Source of the DNA: Fidelibacterota bacterium
Lineage (GTDB): Bacteria > Fidelibacterota > Marinisomatia > SCGC-AAA003-L08 > GCA-002704045
Assembly (NCBI GenBank): GCA_002703375.1
Contig: NZTO01000049.1
Span: 38,901 to 102,900, forward strand
DNA: 64,000 bases
Direction: 5' to 3'
This document shows, one piece after another, positions 49,688-60,460 of this stretch (position 1 is its first letter; the number at the start of each line of letters is the position of its first letter). The position numbers and the translations under genes are program-made. The notes beneath the pieces were generated by a model that worked only from the letters and a program-made list of their open reading frames with translations, was not told the DNA's origin and made no database searches.

Positions 49688-50164
49688 ATGAACCACTGTG
49701 AAACTTGCACGATTTGTTTTGAAGAAACCAACTCCTTTCATGCTCTAAATTGTTGTGACGCGGAAAAAAAAATATGTTTGAATTGCATCAATTGTTTACG
49801 TTCTCCACAATGTCCTTATTGTAGAGAACAATTATGTGAAGAATTGTTTATAAATAATTCATACGTAAGGTCTGCTCCACAGCAAAGTGATTGGTCTTTA
49901 TTTGTAGAAGAAGAATTTCTAATTAATCCATATGATCCAGAATTTATAGATTCAAGAATTTTACGGAGACAAATGAGACGTGTTAGAAGACGGTTTCTAT
50001 CGGAACAAAATAGAATCATAAGAAATAGAAATACAAATCAAAATTCAAATCGTGCATCCGCAAGAACTAGAAGACAACAAAGAAAACAAGCTCGACAGCA
50101 ACTTAGAAACAGTTTAAGATTAAATAATAACACATTTGATATTCAATTTGAATTAGAATTATAA
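49688..50164 (+). CDS. RING-finger protein (putative E3 ligase)
   Basis: CTIC...CC...ICLNC...CPYCR; Arg-rich C-terminus. Confidence 0.75.
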   Translation: MNHCETCTICFEETNSFHALNCCDAEKKICLNCINCLRSPQCPYCREQLCEELFINNSYVRSAPQQSDWSLFVEEEFLINPYDPEFIDSRILRRQMRRVRRRFLSEQNRIIRNRNTNQNSNRASARTRRQQRKQARQQLRNSLRLNNNTFDIQFELEL

Positions 50165-50206
50165 TATTTATTAAATATTTAAAGATAAAAAACTTATAAT
50201 AATAAA

Positions 50207-52501
50207 ATGGCTGAACAGGAAGTTATGACCGTATTACACGAAGACCCGCAGGTTCTCGTAAAAGACGAATTTATTACAAAAAAAGAATGTGAACATATTA
50301 TTGATATTTGTAAGGATAAACTAAAAGATGCTTTGGTAAGTAACAATCAAAAAGGATTTGTTTCTGCTGGAAGAAGTGGTAAAAATTGCTGGCTTCAGCA
50401 CGATCACGATAATATTACGAAAAAAATCGCCGAAAGAATCGCAAAAATTGTTAATATTCCATTGTCTCATGCAGAAATTTATCAAGTTATTTATTATGAT
50501 GAAACCCAGGAGTATCGTTCGCATTATGATGGTTGGTTGCATAATAACTCTGAAAAAAGTAATCGCTGTATGAAATACGGCGGACAACGTGTTGCTACTG
50601 CATTATGTTATCTCAATGATGTCGAAGAAGGAGGATGTACCGGATTCCCGCGATTAAAAATAGAGGTTCCGCCAAAACAGGGCAAATTACTTATTTTCGA
50701 AAATATAATCAAAAATTCTGGAAAAGAAACAGGTAGAAGTGAAAGGCATCCTTTATCAGAACACGCCGGAAGACCGGTTATCAAGGGGAAAAAGTGGGCT
50801 TTTAATTTGTGGTTTCGTGAAAATCCCAAGACGGTTTTGTATGTTCCTCCAGAACTGCCTTCTAATGATGTTTCAAGTACAAAGGATACTAAAAATATAC
50901 AAGATGTAAATACCAAGAACGAATCTGGAAAAACTGAAAAGATTATACATCAAGAAGTAGTAACTACTTGCTCTGGATTAAATAAAGAGACTCTCAATCA
51001 AGAACACAAGATTTATACTCACAATGGAATTATGAACGATGGTGATATAGAAAAAGTTAAAAAACTTGCCAAACTAGAAAAAACTGAAAAACGTAATAGT
51101 TCATGGATTAAATTAACAGAAATTCCGGAGATTCTTTTGAAGATTGTAAATAGTACTGGGTATAATTATTCTTTTTATGAAAACGCAAATGTTGTACAGT
51201 ATGCTTCTTCTAATACACACAATCGATTTTTAGATGCATATGATTTTAATAGTGAAAACGGAAAGCGAAATACACAAAAGGTGGGTCAGCGATTGTATTC
51301 CATCGTATGTTTTCTAGATGATAAAATGACCTACAAATTTAATAAATTAGATATTATATATCAACCACAAAAGGGTAGTATTCTAAGTTATTGTAATACA
51401 TTAAACAATAGCAATGAGCGTTCCCTTGATATGTATCATGAAATTTCAAATGAAAATGAAAATGGGGCAATGTTATTTAATATCTACGTAAGAGAAAAGA
51501 ATACAAATGGAGAGATTTTTCCAAATCACTTTGAGAATGAAAATATTAAACTAATGATTGATGATAAGGCAACTACCGGTGAAGATATTATTGTAAAAGA
51601 TGTCATCCCTACTCCACCTCCCGTACCTTCATCTGCTCCTCCACCTACCTGTAAAAATATGGAAGATAAAAAAGAGGTTTGTGAAGAGCCCAAGAAACTT
51701 GTGGAATCCAAAGAATCCGCGGAACCTACCGAGCCCAAGGAACGACCAGAATATATGAAGGAACTTCTTGAAGTTTATGATAAGTTTAAAGATGGAACTA
51801 TAACCATGCGAGGACACAAAAGCATTAAATTTATCAACAAAATACCCTTTTCGATAGTTACGGAAAATGCAAACAAACTATTCGCTACCAGAGATGAAAA
51901 ATATGGAGCACTGAATCCAAAGGTTTTCGATAAAGAATACTATATTGACGAATTTACACCTCTTGTTATTGATAATGTTTACAATGAAGCCGCGCATTCA
52001 ATTATTAAAAATTATTTCCATTCTAACATTGATGCGGGTAACTTTGCTCTTGGTGATCGTCAAGCACACAGATACAAATCGAATAACGAATCCTTTTCTC
52101 GTCTTGTTCAGTATGAACTGTTACCATTGATTGAACATGTTGTTAAAAAACCCATGAACCCTACCTATATTTATGTATCTTGTTATACAAAAGATGAGGA
52201 GAAACCTACTGAATTACCACCACATACGGATAGACCAGATTGTGAATATACTATATCCTATATTATTGATAAACCAGAAGGTTCTAATTGGCCTATTTAT
52301 GTTGATAAGACGAAACAACCTGTAAAAAATAAAGGAAGATATTGGTTTTACCCACCAAAAGAAGGTTGTGTTGCAGTAGACGCAAATGCAAATAGTTTAA
52401 TGATGTTCAATGGGACAGACCATATTCACTATAGAGAAAAAATGGAATGTGATTATTATTATATCGTTCTTTTACATTTTAGAAGCGACGGATATGAATA
52501 A
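50207..52501 (+). CDS. Multidomain prolyl 4-hydroxylase / 2OG-Fe(II) oxygenase
   Basis: Domain 1: HYD, GQRVATALCYLNDVEEGG.T.FP, H, KW. Domain 2: degenerate copy. Domain 3: HTDRPDCE...HYR. Confidence 0.88.
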   Translation: MAEQEVMTVLHEDPQVLVKDEFITKKECEHIIDICKDKLKDALVSNNQKGFVSAGRSGKNCWLQHDHDNITKKIAERIAKIVNIPLSHAEIYQVIYYDETQEYRSHYDGWLHNNSEKSNRCMKYGGQRVATALCYLNDVEEGGCTGFPRLKIEVPPKQGKLLIFENIIKNSGKETGRSERHPLSEHAGRPVIKGKKWAFNLWFRENPKTVLYVPPELPSNDVSSTKDTKNIQDVNTKNESGKTEKIIHQEVVTTCSGLNKETLNQEHKIYTHNGIMNDGDIEKVKKLAKLEKTEKRNSSWIKLTEIPEILLKIVNSTGYNYSFYENANVVQYASSNTHNRFLDAYDFNSENGKRNTQKVGQRLYSIVCFLDDKMTYKFNKLDIIYQPQKGSILSYCNTLNNSNERSLDMYHEISNENENGAMLFNIYVREKNTNGEIFPNHFENENIKLMIDDKATTGEDIIVKDVIPTPPPVPSSAPPPTCKNMEDKKEVCEEPKKLVESKESAEPTEPKERPEYMKELLEVYDKFKDGTITMRGHKSIKFINKIPFSIVTENANKLFATRDEKYGALNPKVFDKEYYIDEFTPLVIDNVYNEAAHSIIKNYFHSNIDAGNFALGDRQAHRYKSNNESFSRLVQYELLPLIEHVVKKPMNPTYIYVSCYTKDEEKPTELPPHTDRPDCEYTISYIIDKPEGSNWPIYVDKTKQPVKNKGRYWFYPPKEGCVAVDANANSLMMFNGTDHIHYREKMECDYYYIVLLHFRSDGYE

Positions 52502-52552
52502 TTTAGTAAATTCGTTAAATCATTTAAAAAAAATGTATTATTAATTATTATA

Positions 52553-53500
52553 ATGTCCAATTTTACAATGAGTGACGGTTTTCTTCTAAAAGTTTTCAGC
52601 AATAAAAATTCTCGACTTTTCGAGGAAGCTGGAAACCACGTATTAAAAGAATTTTCTGGAAGCAAGGATCAAGTTGGTATCATCTATAACGATTTCAACG
52701 CTGATGCTAAGATGGTAGATTCATGGCAAAAAGAAACAAAGGGTATGAATGTTTATCATGTCGCCCCACGTTCAAAGACCCTTCGCATGGATGCCAAGGT
52801 TCTTTTTGCGAAAAAAATGAAAGATTCGCACTATGTACCCAAGACCTATTTCAGTTATGATGAAATCCCCAGCGACACTCCCGAAAACGCCCTTTTCTTT
52901 GTTAAGAAAAATGGCTCCACTGGTTCACGCGGAGTCGATATTCATCCCTACAGTGCAATGAAAGACCTTGACTACACGGAACGCGTGGTCCAAGAAAACA
53001 TGCCGACCCCAGATTTATATGACGACAAGAGATATAAGATTCGTGCGTATGTTGTTCTTCATGACAAGAATGTTTTCCTTTTCAACAAGTCATTCGCCAC
53101 TGTTGCTAGTGAGGATTTCAAGGATGCGATTGGTGATATGGATCAAGATGTTCTCCGCAAGATGCATGTTATTTTTCAAACTAGCGGAACCAAGTTCATT
53201 CTATCGGAGGAACTTGACAAATTTGAACAAATTCAACAAAATATGCTTGTGGCCTGCAAGGATTTCAAGAATGTATACAAGGATGAAATTAAGCGCATTG
53301 AGCCCAATGAGTTCGTAATACTTGGTTTTGATTTCGTTGTTGATGCGGATGGTAATGTTCAAATCATTGAAATTAACCACCGTTCTAACTACGCTCACCC
53401 TAAGCTTATGGAGAACAAGGTAGACGTTCCTTTGTTAAAGAATCTTTACAAGCTCCTTATTCAAGGTTCCAGTCTAGACACCGATTTCCGCAAGGTTTAG
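52553..53500 (+). CDS. Tubulin-tyrosine-ligase-like ATP-grasp enzyme
   Basis: YVPKTY, FVKK.GSTGSRGV, VVQE, RYKIRAYVVL, ILGFDFVVD...IIEIN. Confidence 0.82.
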   Translation: MSNFTMSDGFLLKVFSNKNSRLFEEAGNHVLKEFSGSKDQVGIIYNDFNADAKMVDSWQKETKGMNVYHVAPRSKTLRMDAKVLFAKKMKDSHYVPKTYFSYDEIPSDTPENALFFVKKNGSTGSRGVDIHPYSAMKDLDYTERVVQENMPTPDLYDDKRYKIRAYVVLHDKNVFLFNKSFATVASEDFKDAIGDMDQDVLRKMHVIFQTSGTKFILSEELDKFEQIQQNMLVACKDFKNVYKDEIKRIEPNEFVILGFDFVVDADGNVQIIEINHRSNYAHPKLMENKVDVPLLKNLYKLLIQGSSLDTDFRKV

Positions 53501-53539
53501 ACATTCGATTAATATATTTTATAACTATAATATATATTA

Positions 53540-53908
53540 ATGCCATCAAAAAGTAAAAGCAAAGCTAAAAGAACTGCAAGAGAACAAAGGCGAAAACAAG
53601 GAGCTACTAATAAAAAAACCAGAGAGGAACAAAGAACAAAAAGAACCCAAAATAATAAAATAAATGAGCAACAAATGGTCGATTTAGAAGAGATAAGACA
53701 AGAAAAAGAATCATATTTGAATACTCTCAATTCAAATACATGGAAAGATCATCGCACAGTTACTGATATGTATGAACATCTACAAAATCTCATTGATACA
53801 TATAATATAAAATATGCGAAACCAACTTCTAGAGGTTCAAAAAAAAAACGAAACCTTCGAAAAAAAAGAGGGACAAGAAAAAGGAAAAGGAGAAGAAACG
53901 AAGAATAG
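53540..53908 (+). CDS. Highly basic protein; frame stays open past its TAG to 54112
   Basis: Lys/Arg-rich ORF; 67 further sense codons follow the TAG. Confidence 0.65.
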   Translation: MPSKSKSKAKRTAREQRRKQGATNKKTREEQRTKRTQNNKINEQQMVDLEEIRQEKESYLNTLNSNTWKDHRTVTDMYEHLQNLIDTYNIKYAKPTSRGSKKKRNLRKKRGTRKRKRRRNEE

Positions 53909-54194
53909 GAAGAAGAGAAAGGGGGTGAGAATCCCTTTGCTAAGATATCACATTTTATCGAAAATCAAAGGTCAAGGCTAAAAGCCTGGCGCGAGAGACG
54001 AGCGGAAGCGCGTGCAAGAAAAGAGAAGGAGCTGGAGACAGAGAAAGAGCGGGATAAGTTTCTTGAGGAATACGAGAACAGCCTGAATTACACAGCGCCT
54101 CGTTGGGGTTAATTAAACTAAGAGTAGTAAGAAGAGAAAATACGATGTTAATATACTATTAAATACAATTAAAAATATATTTACTGATATATAC

Positions 54195-54785
54195 ATGGCA
54201 GAAATTTCATTATTAGATATATCTCAAGACAATAAACCTATAAAACTCAATCTATCTCGCATTATTTCTTCGGGAACAATCATTTTATATATCTGGTCTT
54301 TGCCTTACTTGGCAAAGATTGGTTTCGCGGAAAAGGGCTCAACTAGCATATCCGAGTTTGTTTCAAACGCACATGCTACCGGAGCCATGGCTGTTTTATC
54401 CTTTACACCACTAACACTAATGTGGGAATATCAAGACATTCGAGTCGTGACTGTTTGCACTGAGAAAGGCAAAAGGGTGTTGTATTATACATTGGTTGCG
54501 TATCAATGGTTTTACGGGGGATTTTTAGTTTGCACCGTAAATTATGTCCCCTTATGGCTCCATATGCTAATGGTCGTTTCGTTTTGTATTTCATTTGTCA
54601 TTCATTCGATTATGACCATGAATTATACAAAACCAAGTAAATGTGGACAATATCAACTTATTGTTGGTATTTTATCCTGTGTCTGTATGCCCTTTTCCAA
54701 AGGACTATGGTTTTGGGTGTGCGAATGTGTGGGATTGTCTATGATTATGTTATTTACACCAACAGAAATATTACTAAACTATTAA
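54195..54785 (+). CDS. Multi-pass membrane protein
   Basis: About six hydrophobic helices; SISE motif after TM1 and a His in TM4. Confidence 0.65.
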   Translation: MAEISLLDISQDNKPIKLNLSRIISSGTIILYIWSLPYLAKIGFAEKGSTSISEFVSNAHATGAMAVLSFTPLTLMWEYQDIRVVTVCTEKGKRVLYYTLVAYQWFYGGFLVCTVNYVPLWLHMLMVVSFCISFVIHSIMTMNYTKPSKCGQYQLIVGILSCVCMPFSKGLWFWVCECVGLSMIMLFTPTEILLNY

Positions 54786-54824
54786 TTCGTATTATAATTT
54801 TTAGAATATTCATTACCTAGTTAT

Positions 54825-55658
54825 ATGGTTAAATTTGTGGATTGTTTTATATTTAATGATGAATTAGATTTGCTGGAATTTCGTTTTGAAGAACACGATT
54901 CTTTTACCGATCTTTTTATTTTGATAGAAAGTAAAAAAACCTTTAGCGGAAAACCCAAACCATTGTATGCGTCAGATAATATAGAAAGATTTGAACGATG
55001 GTCCCATAAACTAATCGTTTTGATAATAGATGAAAAACTTATTGAAAAAAAACATGGCTTTGGATTAGAGGAATTTAGTAGACATGTCGGTATTCAAAAA
55101 ATAAAACATCTTCTAGAAGAAAAAAAAATAGAACCAGACGATATTGTATCGGTTGTTAGTGACGTAGATGAAATATATGACGAAGATGAAATTATAAAAC
55201 TTAAAAAACCATCCGGAGAAGAAGGTGCTTTAAGTAATCCCATACGACCTCTTCTAAGATTTCACTATTATAGTTTAAAAATAGGGAGGCCATCAAATAT
55301 GAACTGGTGTCCACAAAAAAGACTAAAAATTATACGGGTTAAAGATCTAAAAGAATTTACTATAGAAGAAATACAACATAAAACTGGACCTCTTTTAGAC
55401 AAAGAAAAAATGGGGTGGCATCTTTCTTATTTTGGAGGTGTCGATATGGTAAGAAAGAAATTAAGTGAATTTTCACATTCGAGTATGAAAAGTGTACGCG
55501 AATGTATCGATAATCCAGAATTAATTCGTCAAAGAATTGAAAATAATGAAGATATATTGGGAAGAAATTGGGAGAAACTAGTTGTTATGGAACCCGAAAA
55601 AGTACCAAAAAGAATGGATCTGATTATTCTTTATCAACTTGATGCAATTTATATTTAA
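54825..55658 (+). CDS. Glycosyltransferase family 17-like (beta-1,4-GlcNAc transferase)
   Basis: DCFIFNDELDLLEFR, ES.KTFSG.PKPL, SDVDEI, GWHLSYFG, FSH. Confidence 0.85.
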   Translation: MVKFVDCFIFNDELDLLEFRFEEHDSFTDLFILIESKKTFSGKPKPLYASDNIERFERWSHKLIVLIIDEKLIEKKHGFGLEEFSRHVGIQKIKHLLEEKKIEPDDIVSVVSDVDEIYDEDEIIKLKKPSGEEGALSNPIRPLLRFHYYSLKIGRPSNMNWCPQKRLKIIRVKDLKEFTIEEIQHKTGPLLDKEKMGWHLSYFGGVDMVRKKLSEFSHSSMKSVRECIDNPELIRQRIENNEDILGRNWEKLVVMEPEKVPKRMDLIILYQLDAIYI

Positions 55659-55664
55659 AATTGA
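55657..55664 (+). promoter_or_regulatory. AAAATTGA early promoter
   Basis: 31 nt upstream of the ATG at 55696. Confidence 0.7.
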
Positions 55665-55695
55665 ACAAATAATTTTAAATATAAATTATATTTAA

Positions 55696-56109
55696 ATGGA
55701 AATACATCCAACTGCTAGACTTATTAAGCAATTAAACTTTAGAAGTTATCAACATATTACTTTCAAGAAAACCGATCAAGAAGATAAAAAACACATACAT
55801 TATGATAAATATGATAAATACGTTGAAAATTACGATAAGAGTAATCTACCGTACTTTATAGGTTATAGTTTTATCATATTTAAAAATGAATTCAATATGA
55901 AAACAGAAACCGCCGATACTATATTCATTGTAAAACTGAAAGCGGAAAAAATGCATCGATTTCCAAATACACAAAAAATCAAATTAAAAACCTTTAAAAA
56001 AAGCCCCGGTATTAATTTATATGAACCAAACTTTTTGTATTCTAAAAAAAATTATGAAAAACAAGACATCTTTGATATGTATTGTAATGGAGATTATTAT
56101 AAAATGTAA
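55696..56109 (+). CDS. Hypothetical early protein
   Basis: 137-aa ORF downstream of an early promoter. Confidence 0.6.
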   Translation: MEIHPTARLIKQLNFRSYQHITFKKTDQEDKKHIHYDKYDKYVENYDKSNLPYFIGYSFIIFKNEFNMKTETADTIFIVKLKAEKMHRFPNTQKIKLKTFKKSPGINLYEPNFLYSKKNYEKQDIFDMYCNGDYYKM

Positions 56110-56116
56110 TATATAT

Positions 56117-56617
56117 ATGAAAAAATTTATATTTGATTTAGATGATACACTATATTCCCCAATAGAACATGAAAGCAGAGATAAAGATTTCTATAAAAAT
56201 TTAAAAAAAGATAAGCGACTAACAGATTTACTTAAAAAAACAAAAGAAAATTACATATTTACAAATGGAAACAAATATCATATGGAGGAATGTATAAAAA
56301 GAATGAAATTGAAATCATTGTTTAAGGGATATAGTTATAGTGATCTTTTTAGAGGAAAATACAAACCCCATATTCTTCCATATATCATAACCTTAGAACG
56401 ATTTAAACTTAATAAAAACGATTTTATTTTTTATTTTGAAGACCTAGCCGACAATTTAAAAACAGGAAAAAAATTGGGGTGGATTACTATTTTCATAGAT
56501 CACGAAAATAAAATGCGCCAAAAACCTAAATATATAGACATGGTATTTAATAATATATATGATGCAATCGAAACATGTTTATCCCTAAAAATAAGTATAA
56601 CTAAGAATAGTAATTGA
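56117..56617 (+). CDS. HAD-superfamily hydrolase (pyrimidine 5'-nucleotidase-like)
   Basis: [17 protein letters not shown]...NL..GKKLGW.T; start MKKFIF. Confidence 0.85.
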   Translation: MKKFIFDLDDTLYSPIEHESRDKDFYKNLKKDKRLTDLLKKTKENYIFTNGNKYHMEECIKRMKLKSLFKGYSYSDLFRGKYKPHILPYIITLERFKLNKNDFIFYFEDLADNLKTGKKLGWITIFIDHENKMRQKPKYIDMVFNNIYDAIETCLSLKISITKNSN

Positions 56618-57650
56618 AGTTAACATCACAATCACTTTCAACCATTTCTTTTATTAACATATTAAAATCGTATTTCGGTTTCCAGTTCAACAATGTTCTT
56701 GCCTTTGTAGAGTCCCCTAGTAATTCATCTACCTCAGCAGGCCTAAAATATTTATCAGATACGTATATTAATACTCTACCACTATTTTTATCAATACCTA
56801 CTTCGTTTAAACCTTCTCCATTCCATTCTATATCAATACCCTTCATTTTGAATGATTTTTCTATAAACTCACGAACCGAATGAAATTCATTTGTTGATAG
56901 TACAAAATCATCAGGAGTATCATGTTGTAGTATTTTCCACATTCCCTCCACATAATCTTTTGCGTGACCCCAATCCCGTTTTGCATCTAGATTTCCTACT
57001 ATTAAACGATCGCGCTCTCCTGTTAATATCATTCTTAAACCTCTAGTAATCTTTCTAGTAATAAATGTTGGACCTCTTCGAGAACTTTCATGATTAAATA
57101 GAATACCATTCGAGGCAAACATACCATATGCTTCGCGGTAATTTTTTGTTATCCAATATCCATACAGTTTAGCCACTCCATAAGGAGAACGCGGATGAAA
57201 TGGTGTGGTTTCCGTTTGTGGAACTTCTTGAACCATACCATACAACTCTGATGAAGATGCCTGATAAAATTTACACTTATCCGTTAAACCCGAACTTCTT
57301 ATTGCATCTAATAATCTTAATACTCCAACTCCGGTAGTATCTGCTGTATATTCTGGCATCTCAAAAGAAACCTTCACATGACTCATTGCTGCTAGATTAT
57401 ACACCTCTAGTAATTCAAATGATTCCTTCTGTTTTATCTCACACATAATATGTAATAAATTTGTACTATCCGATAAATCCCCGTATTTTAAAATTAAATT
57501 ATTATTTTCATATAAGTGCTCAATTCTTCTCGTATTGATATTTGATGTCCTTCTTATCAACCCCCAGACCTGATAATCTTTTTCTAATAAGAATTCTGTC
57601 AAATAAGAACCATCTTGACCGGTTATTCCTGTTATAAACGCTACTTTCAT
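56601..57650 (-). CDS. gmd: GDP-mannose 4,6-dehydratase
   Basis: [43 protein letters not shown]. Confidence 0.97.
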   Translation of the reverse strand: MKVAFITGITGQDGSYLTEFLLEKDYQVWGLIRRTSNINTRRIEHLYENNNLILKYGDLSDSTNLLHIMCEIKQKESFELLEVYNLAAMSHVKVSFEMPEYTADTTGVGVLRLLDAIRSSGLTDKCKFYQASSSELYGMVQEVPQTETTPFHPRSPYGVAKLYGYWITKNYREAYGMFASNGILFNHESSRRGPTFITRKITRGLRMILTGERDRLIVGNLDAKRDWGHAKDYVEGMWKILQHDTPDDFVLSTNEFHSVREFIEKSFKMKGIDIEWNGEGLNEVGIDKNSGRVLIYVSDKYFRPAEVDELLGDSTKARTLLNWKPKYDFNMLIKEMVESDCDVNFNYYS

Positions 57651-57690
57651 TTATATATAGATTATAATACTCGAAATATTTTTATATTAA

Positions 57691-57752
57691 ATATTAATTT
57701 ATCATATTAATTTATCATATTAATTTATCATATTAATTTATCATATTAATTT
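57691..57752. repeat. 13-bp tandem repeat (ATATTAATTTATC x4 plus a partial copy) spanning a stop codon
   Basis: Read directly; includes the TGA of the 57741..58718 gene. Confidence 0.9.
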
Positions 57753-58718
57753 TATTTTTGAATTTAATTCAAATGTTACATGTAATCTTCCCTTTCTTAA
57801 ATAAGAGACATCAAGATTGTCTAATTCTCTTTTTGTTCTATTGCTACATAAAATAACAATCAAATTTGGATAAAGCCCCATATCTATTTTATCAAAAAAA
57901 AGATTCCAACTGGGTTTATCAGATATTTGAATAGGATACTTTTTATGTTTTAATATACGATTTTCATACACATTTTGAATAATGTTGTCTACCTCATCCA
58001 GCAAAATAATTAAAGGCTCATCATTTGTAGGTGCGATTTTCGAATATAAATTCGCAAGAGATTCACCAGGTTCCGTAGGATTAAACGAATCACAAAAACA
58101 AGCAGATAACGATTTCGCAAGTAAATAAGATAACATTGTCTTACCAGAGCCAGGCTTTCCATAAATAAAACACGTCAAAAATCCCTTTCTCTTGAAGTTC
58201 TCCGTAATTGAATTAGAAATCACTCTCTGTTCTTGTGTATACTCTTTATCTATAATAACTTTCCTTGACGTGTAAAAAAAATATTCATAATTACCACCTC
58301 GTGTATAATATTTGATTTCGTTATTTATTTTTTTTTCTTCAACGCTATGTGGTATATTTTTTTGTATTTTTACTGAATTAGATGCTGAAATCAACCTTTC
58401 TTTCACACTTTCTGTGCAAAATATAGACATTGTTCTTTCATAATCATCTCCATATACCCATATAATATATCTAGGAATCCACGCCTTATTGATAATTAAT
58501 CCAATTGGATTACCTTGTTCTGTATAACTAGAACAAAAATCACTTTTTATATTATTTGAGATATAATTCGCATTCTCTTCACTTTTCATGCGATACATAT
58601 TTATTTTTAATAAAATGGAAACTAAAAACATAACATATGGACCTGTTATATTAATAAAATTTTGTGACATAGATAAAACTCCCAAAATTATAGCAAATCC
58701 ATAGTTATTATCTAGCAT
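57741..58718 (-). CDS. AAA+ ATPase with N-terminal membrane anchor (BCS1-like layout)
   Basis: YGKPGSGKT, ILLDEVD, CSN, LD.SYLRKGR. Confidence 0.8.
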   Translation of the reverse strand: MLDNNYGFAIILGVLSMSQNFINITGPYVMFLVSILLKINMYRMKSEENANYISNNIKSDFCSSYTEQGNPIGLIINKAWIPRYIIWVYGDDYERTMSIFCTESVKERLISASNSVKIQKNIPHSVEEKKINNEIKYYTRGGNYEYFFYTSRKVIIDKEYTQEQRVISNSITENFKRKGFLTCFIYGKPGSGKTMLSYLLAKSLSACFCDSFNPTEPGESLANLYSKIAPTNDEPLIILLDEVDNIIQNVYENRILKHKKYPIQISDKPSWNLFFDKIDMGLYPNLIVILCSNRTKRELDNLDVSYLRKGRLHVTFELNSKIKLI

Positions 58719-58820
58719 AATGTAATATTATTCTAATACAATTATTTAAATAGATTTTAAATAATAAATAATGAAACTTTTGTTCTTTCCAGATTTTTGC
58801 CACTTCATAAATTGGTATCA

Positions 58821-59453
58821 TCAAGTATTACAGCCAAATACATATTTTCCCCAACTCATACCTCGTCCCTTATCAAAATCTTCTCTTCCTTCTTCGATTA
58901 CCTCATTTTTCTCCAAAGCATCACTCCAAACCTTCGTTGGATACTCATTCCAATACCTTTTAAGGCTATCCGAATAACACGTATCATCAAATAAAACAAT
59001 CGTATTCTCGTGTGCTAATTTTTTACAATTTTCCAAATCTAATTTTGGAATTGGTTCCCAATGTGCACCATCTATAAATATTAAATCAAATTTTTTATCA
59101 GGATTTCGCTTAATATAATTTGGAATACTCCACTCACTTTCCCCAATTACTATATTTAATCTATCGGGATAATTGTAATCCAAATATCTTTTACCAAATC
59201 GTAAATTATTTCTTATAATTGAAAAACTATGCACATTATTTTCAGGCTTTGCTTTTAAAAATACCTCTGCAGAATGACCACAATTAAACCCAATCTCCAT
59301 TATATTTGTAATCTCAGGCTGTGATGCATAGTGCTTCAATATTTCAACCTGTCTTCCCATCTGTTGACAAAATCCCTCTATCGGCTTTATATCATAATGG
59401 TCTAAAAATTCATCCAATGTGGGAAAATCGTACCTATTCATAACTATATTCAT
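58821..59453 (-). CDS. Class I SAM-dependent methyltransferase
   Basis: MEIGFNCGHS, FDLIFIDGAH, VLFDD. Confidence 0.85.
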   Translation of the reverse strand: MNIVMNRYDFPTLDEFLDHYDIKPIEGFCQQMGRQVEILKHYASQPEITNIMEIGFNCGHSAEVFLKAKPENNVHSFSIIRNNLRFGKRYLDYNYPDRLNIVIGESEWSIPNYIKRNPDKKFDLIFIDGAHWEPIPKLDLENCKKLAHENTIVLFDDTCYSDSLKRYWNEYPTKVWSDALEKNEVIEEGREDFDKGRGMSWGKYVFGCNT

Positions 59454-59511
59454 TTATACATTACTATTCACCCTTTTTTAAAATACTTTTTACAAGATAG
59501 TTTAGAATGTA

Positions 59512-60438
59512 TTAAGAACGATAATTGATTAAAAGATCTTTATTTTCGCGCTTACAATACTGATACATTCCCGTCCTATATTCTCCATATTTATCGTAAT
59601 CATATATATGAAACTGTATATCATTTATCATAAGGTCCTGTTTCTTCTTAAATAAAGTCTTTGTCCACCAGTTCATGGTTGCATTTAATCGATTAAAAAA
59701 ATAAGAAGGAACATAAACGTTCTTTATAGTATCGCTTAGTTGTATTACAAAAGGACAGAGAGATGACTGACATGGAACATAATGCTTTGCTCCAATTAAA
59801 TAATCAAAATCCTTCTTGAAATTGTAACCATTTTTCTTTGTTCTACCATCATTCAACCACTGAATTGCATTGTATTTCTCTACTAAAATTGGAAATAAAG
59901 GATTCATTGGATCCCTTTCTGTTATTACATAAATATCATTCCATGAACCGGATTCAATTACTTTTTCATAAAATTCTAAGGGTGGTTGTATCATTTCAGG
60001 GTTGCCACCAACCATAATATCACCGCTTCTTAAATGGATCAATAAATCTTTATCTCCAAGAATTTTAGGCGATATTTTCATGATGGGCTTTATATATTTT
60101 TGAACATATGTAATACGTTCCTTAAAATCCAAACCTATTTGTCTATATAATCTATCCAAAGATAATTGAATTATTTCCTTATTTTCATTTTCATTTTCAT
60201 TTTCATTTTCATTTTTATTTTTATTTTCATTTTTATGTTGTTCATTTATTTTTATTACAAATTCCTTGAAAAAATCATTGAGTAAAGTTTTATTTATTTC
60301 TGGAGAAGAAGACCAATGAATACAAGAAAAATCTAATTGTTCCATTTTACGTTTCTCTGCCAATAAAATACCATTTAATAAACAAATAATAAAATTACCA
60401 GTTCGACCACAACCTTTAATTAGTTTTAATTCTTTCAT
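59512..60438 (-). CDS. GT11/NodZ-like fucosyltransferase-fold glycosyltransferase
   Basis: GRTGN, IHLRSGD, PPLEFY, DFDYL..A....QSS. Confidence 0.65.
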   Translation of the reverse strand: MKELKLIKGCGRTGNFIICLLNGILLAEKRKMEQLDFSCIHWSSSPEINKTLLNDFFKEFVIKINEQHKNENKNKNENENENENENKEIIQLSLDRLYRQIGLDFKERITYVQKYIKPIMKISPKILGDKDLLIHLRSGDIMVGGNPEMIQPPLEFYEKVIESGSWNDIYVITERDPMNPLFPILVEKYNAIQWLNDGRTKKNGYNFKKDFDYLIGAKHYVPCQSSLCPFVIQLSDTIKNVYVPSYFFNRLNATMNWWTKTLFKKKQDLMINDIQFHIYDYDKYGEYRTGMYQYCKRENKDLLINYRS

Positions 60439-60460
60439 TTATATATTATTCCTTATATAA

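Noticed and set aside
54195..54785. Possible viral rhodopsin
   Set aside because: Only about six TMs and no retinal-binding Lys motif in the last helix
57691..57752. Possible CRISPR-like or MIMIVIRE-like array
   Set aside because: Head-to-tail repeats with no spacers and no cas-like genes nearby
60178..60232. Hexamer repeat encoding KNENENEN
   Set aside because: Ordinary in-frame slippage microsatellite in a loop
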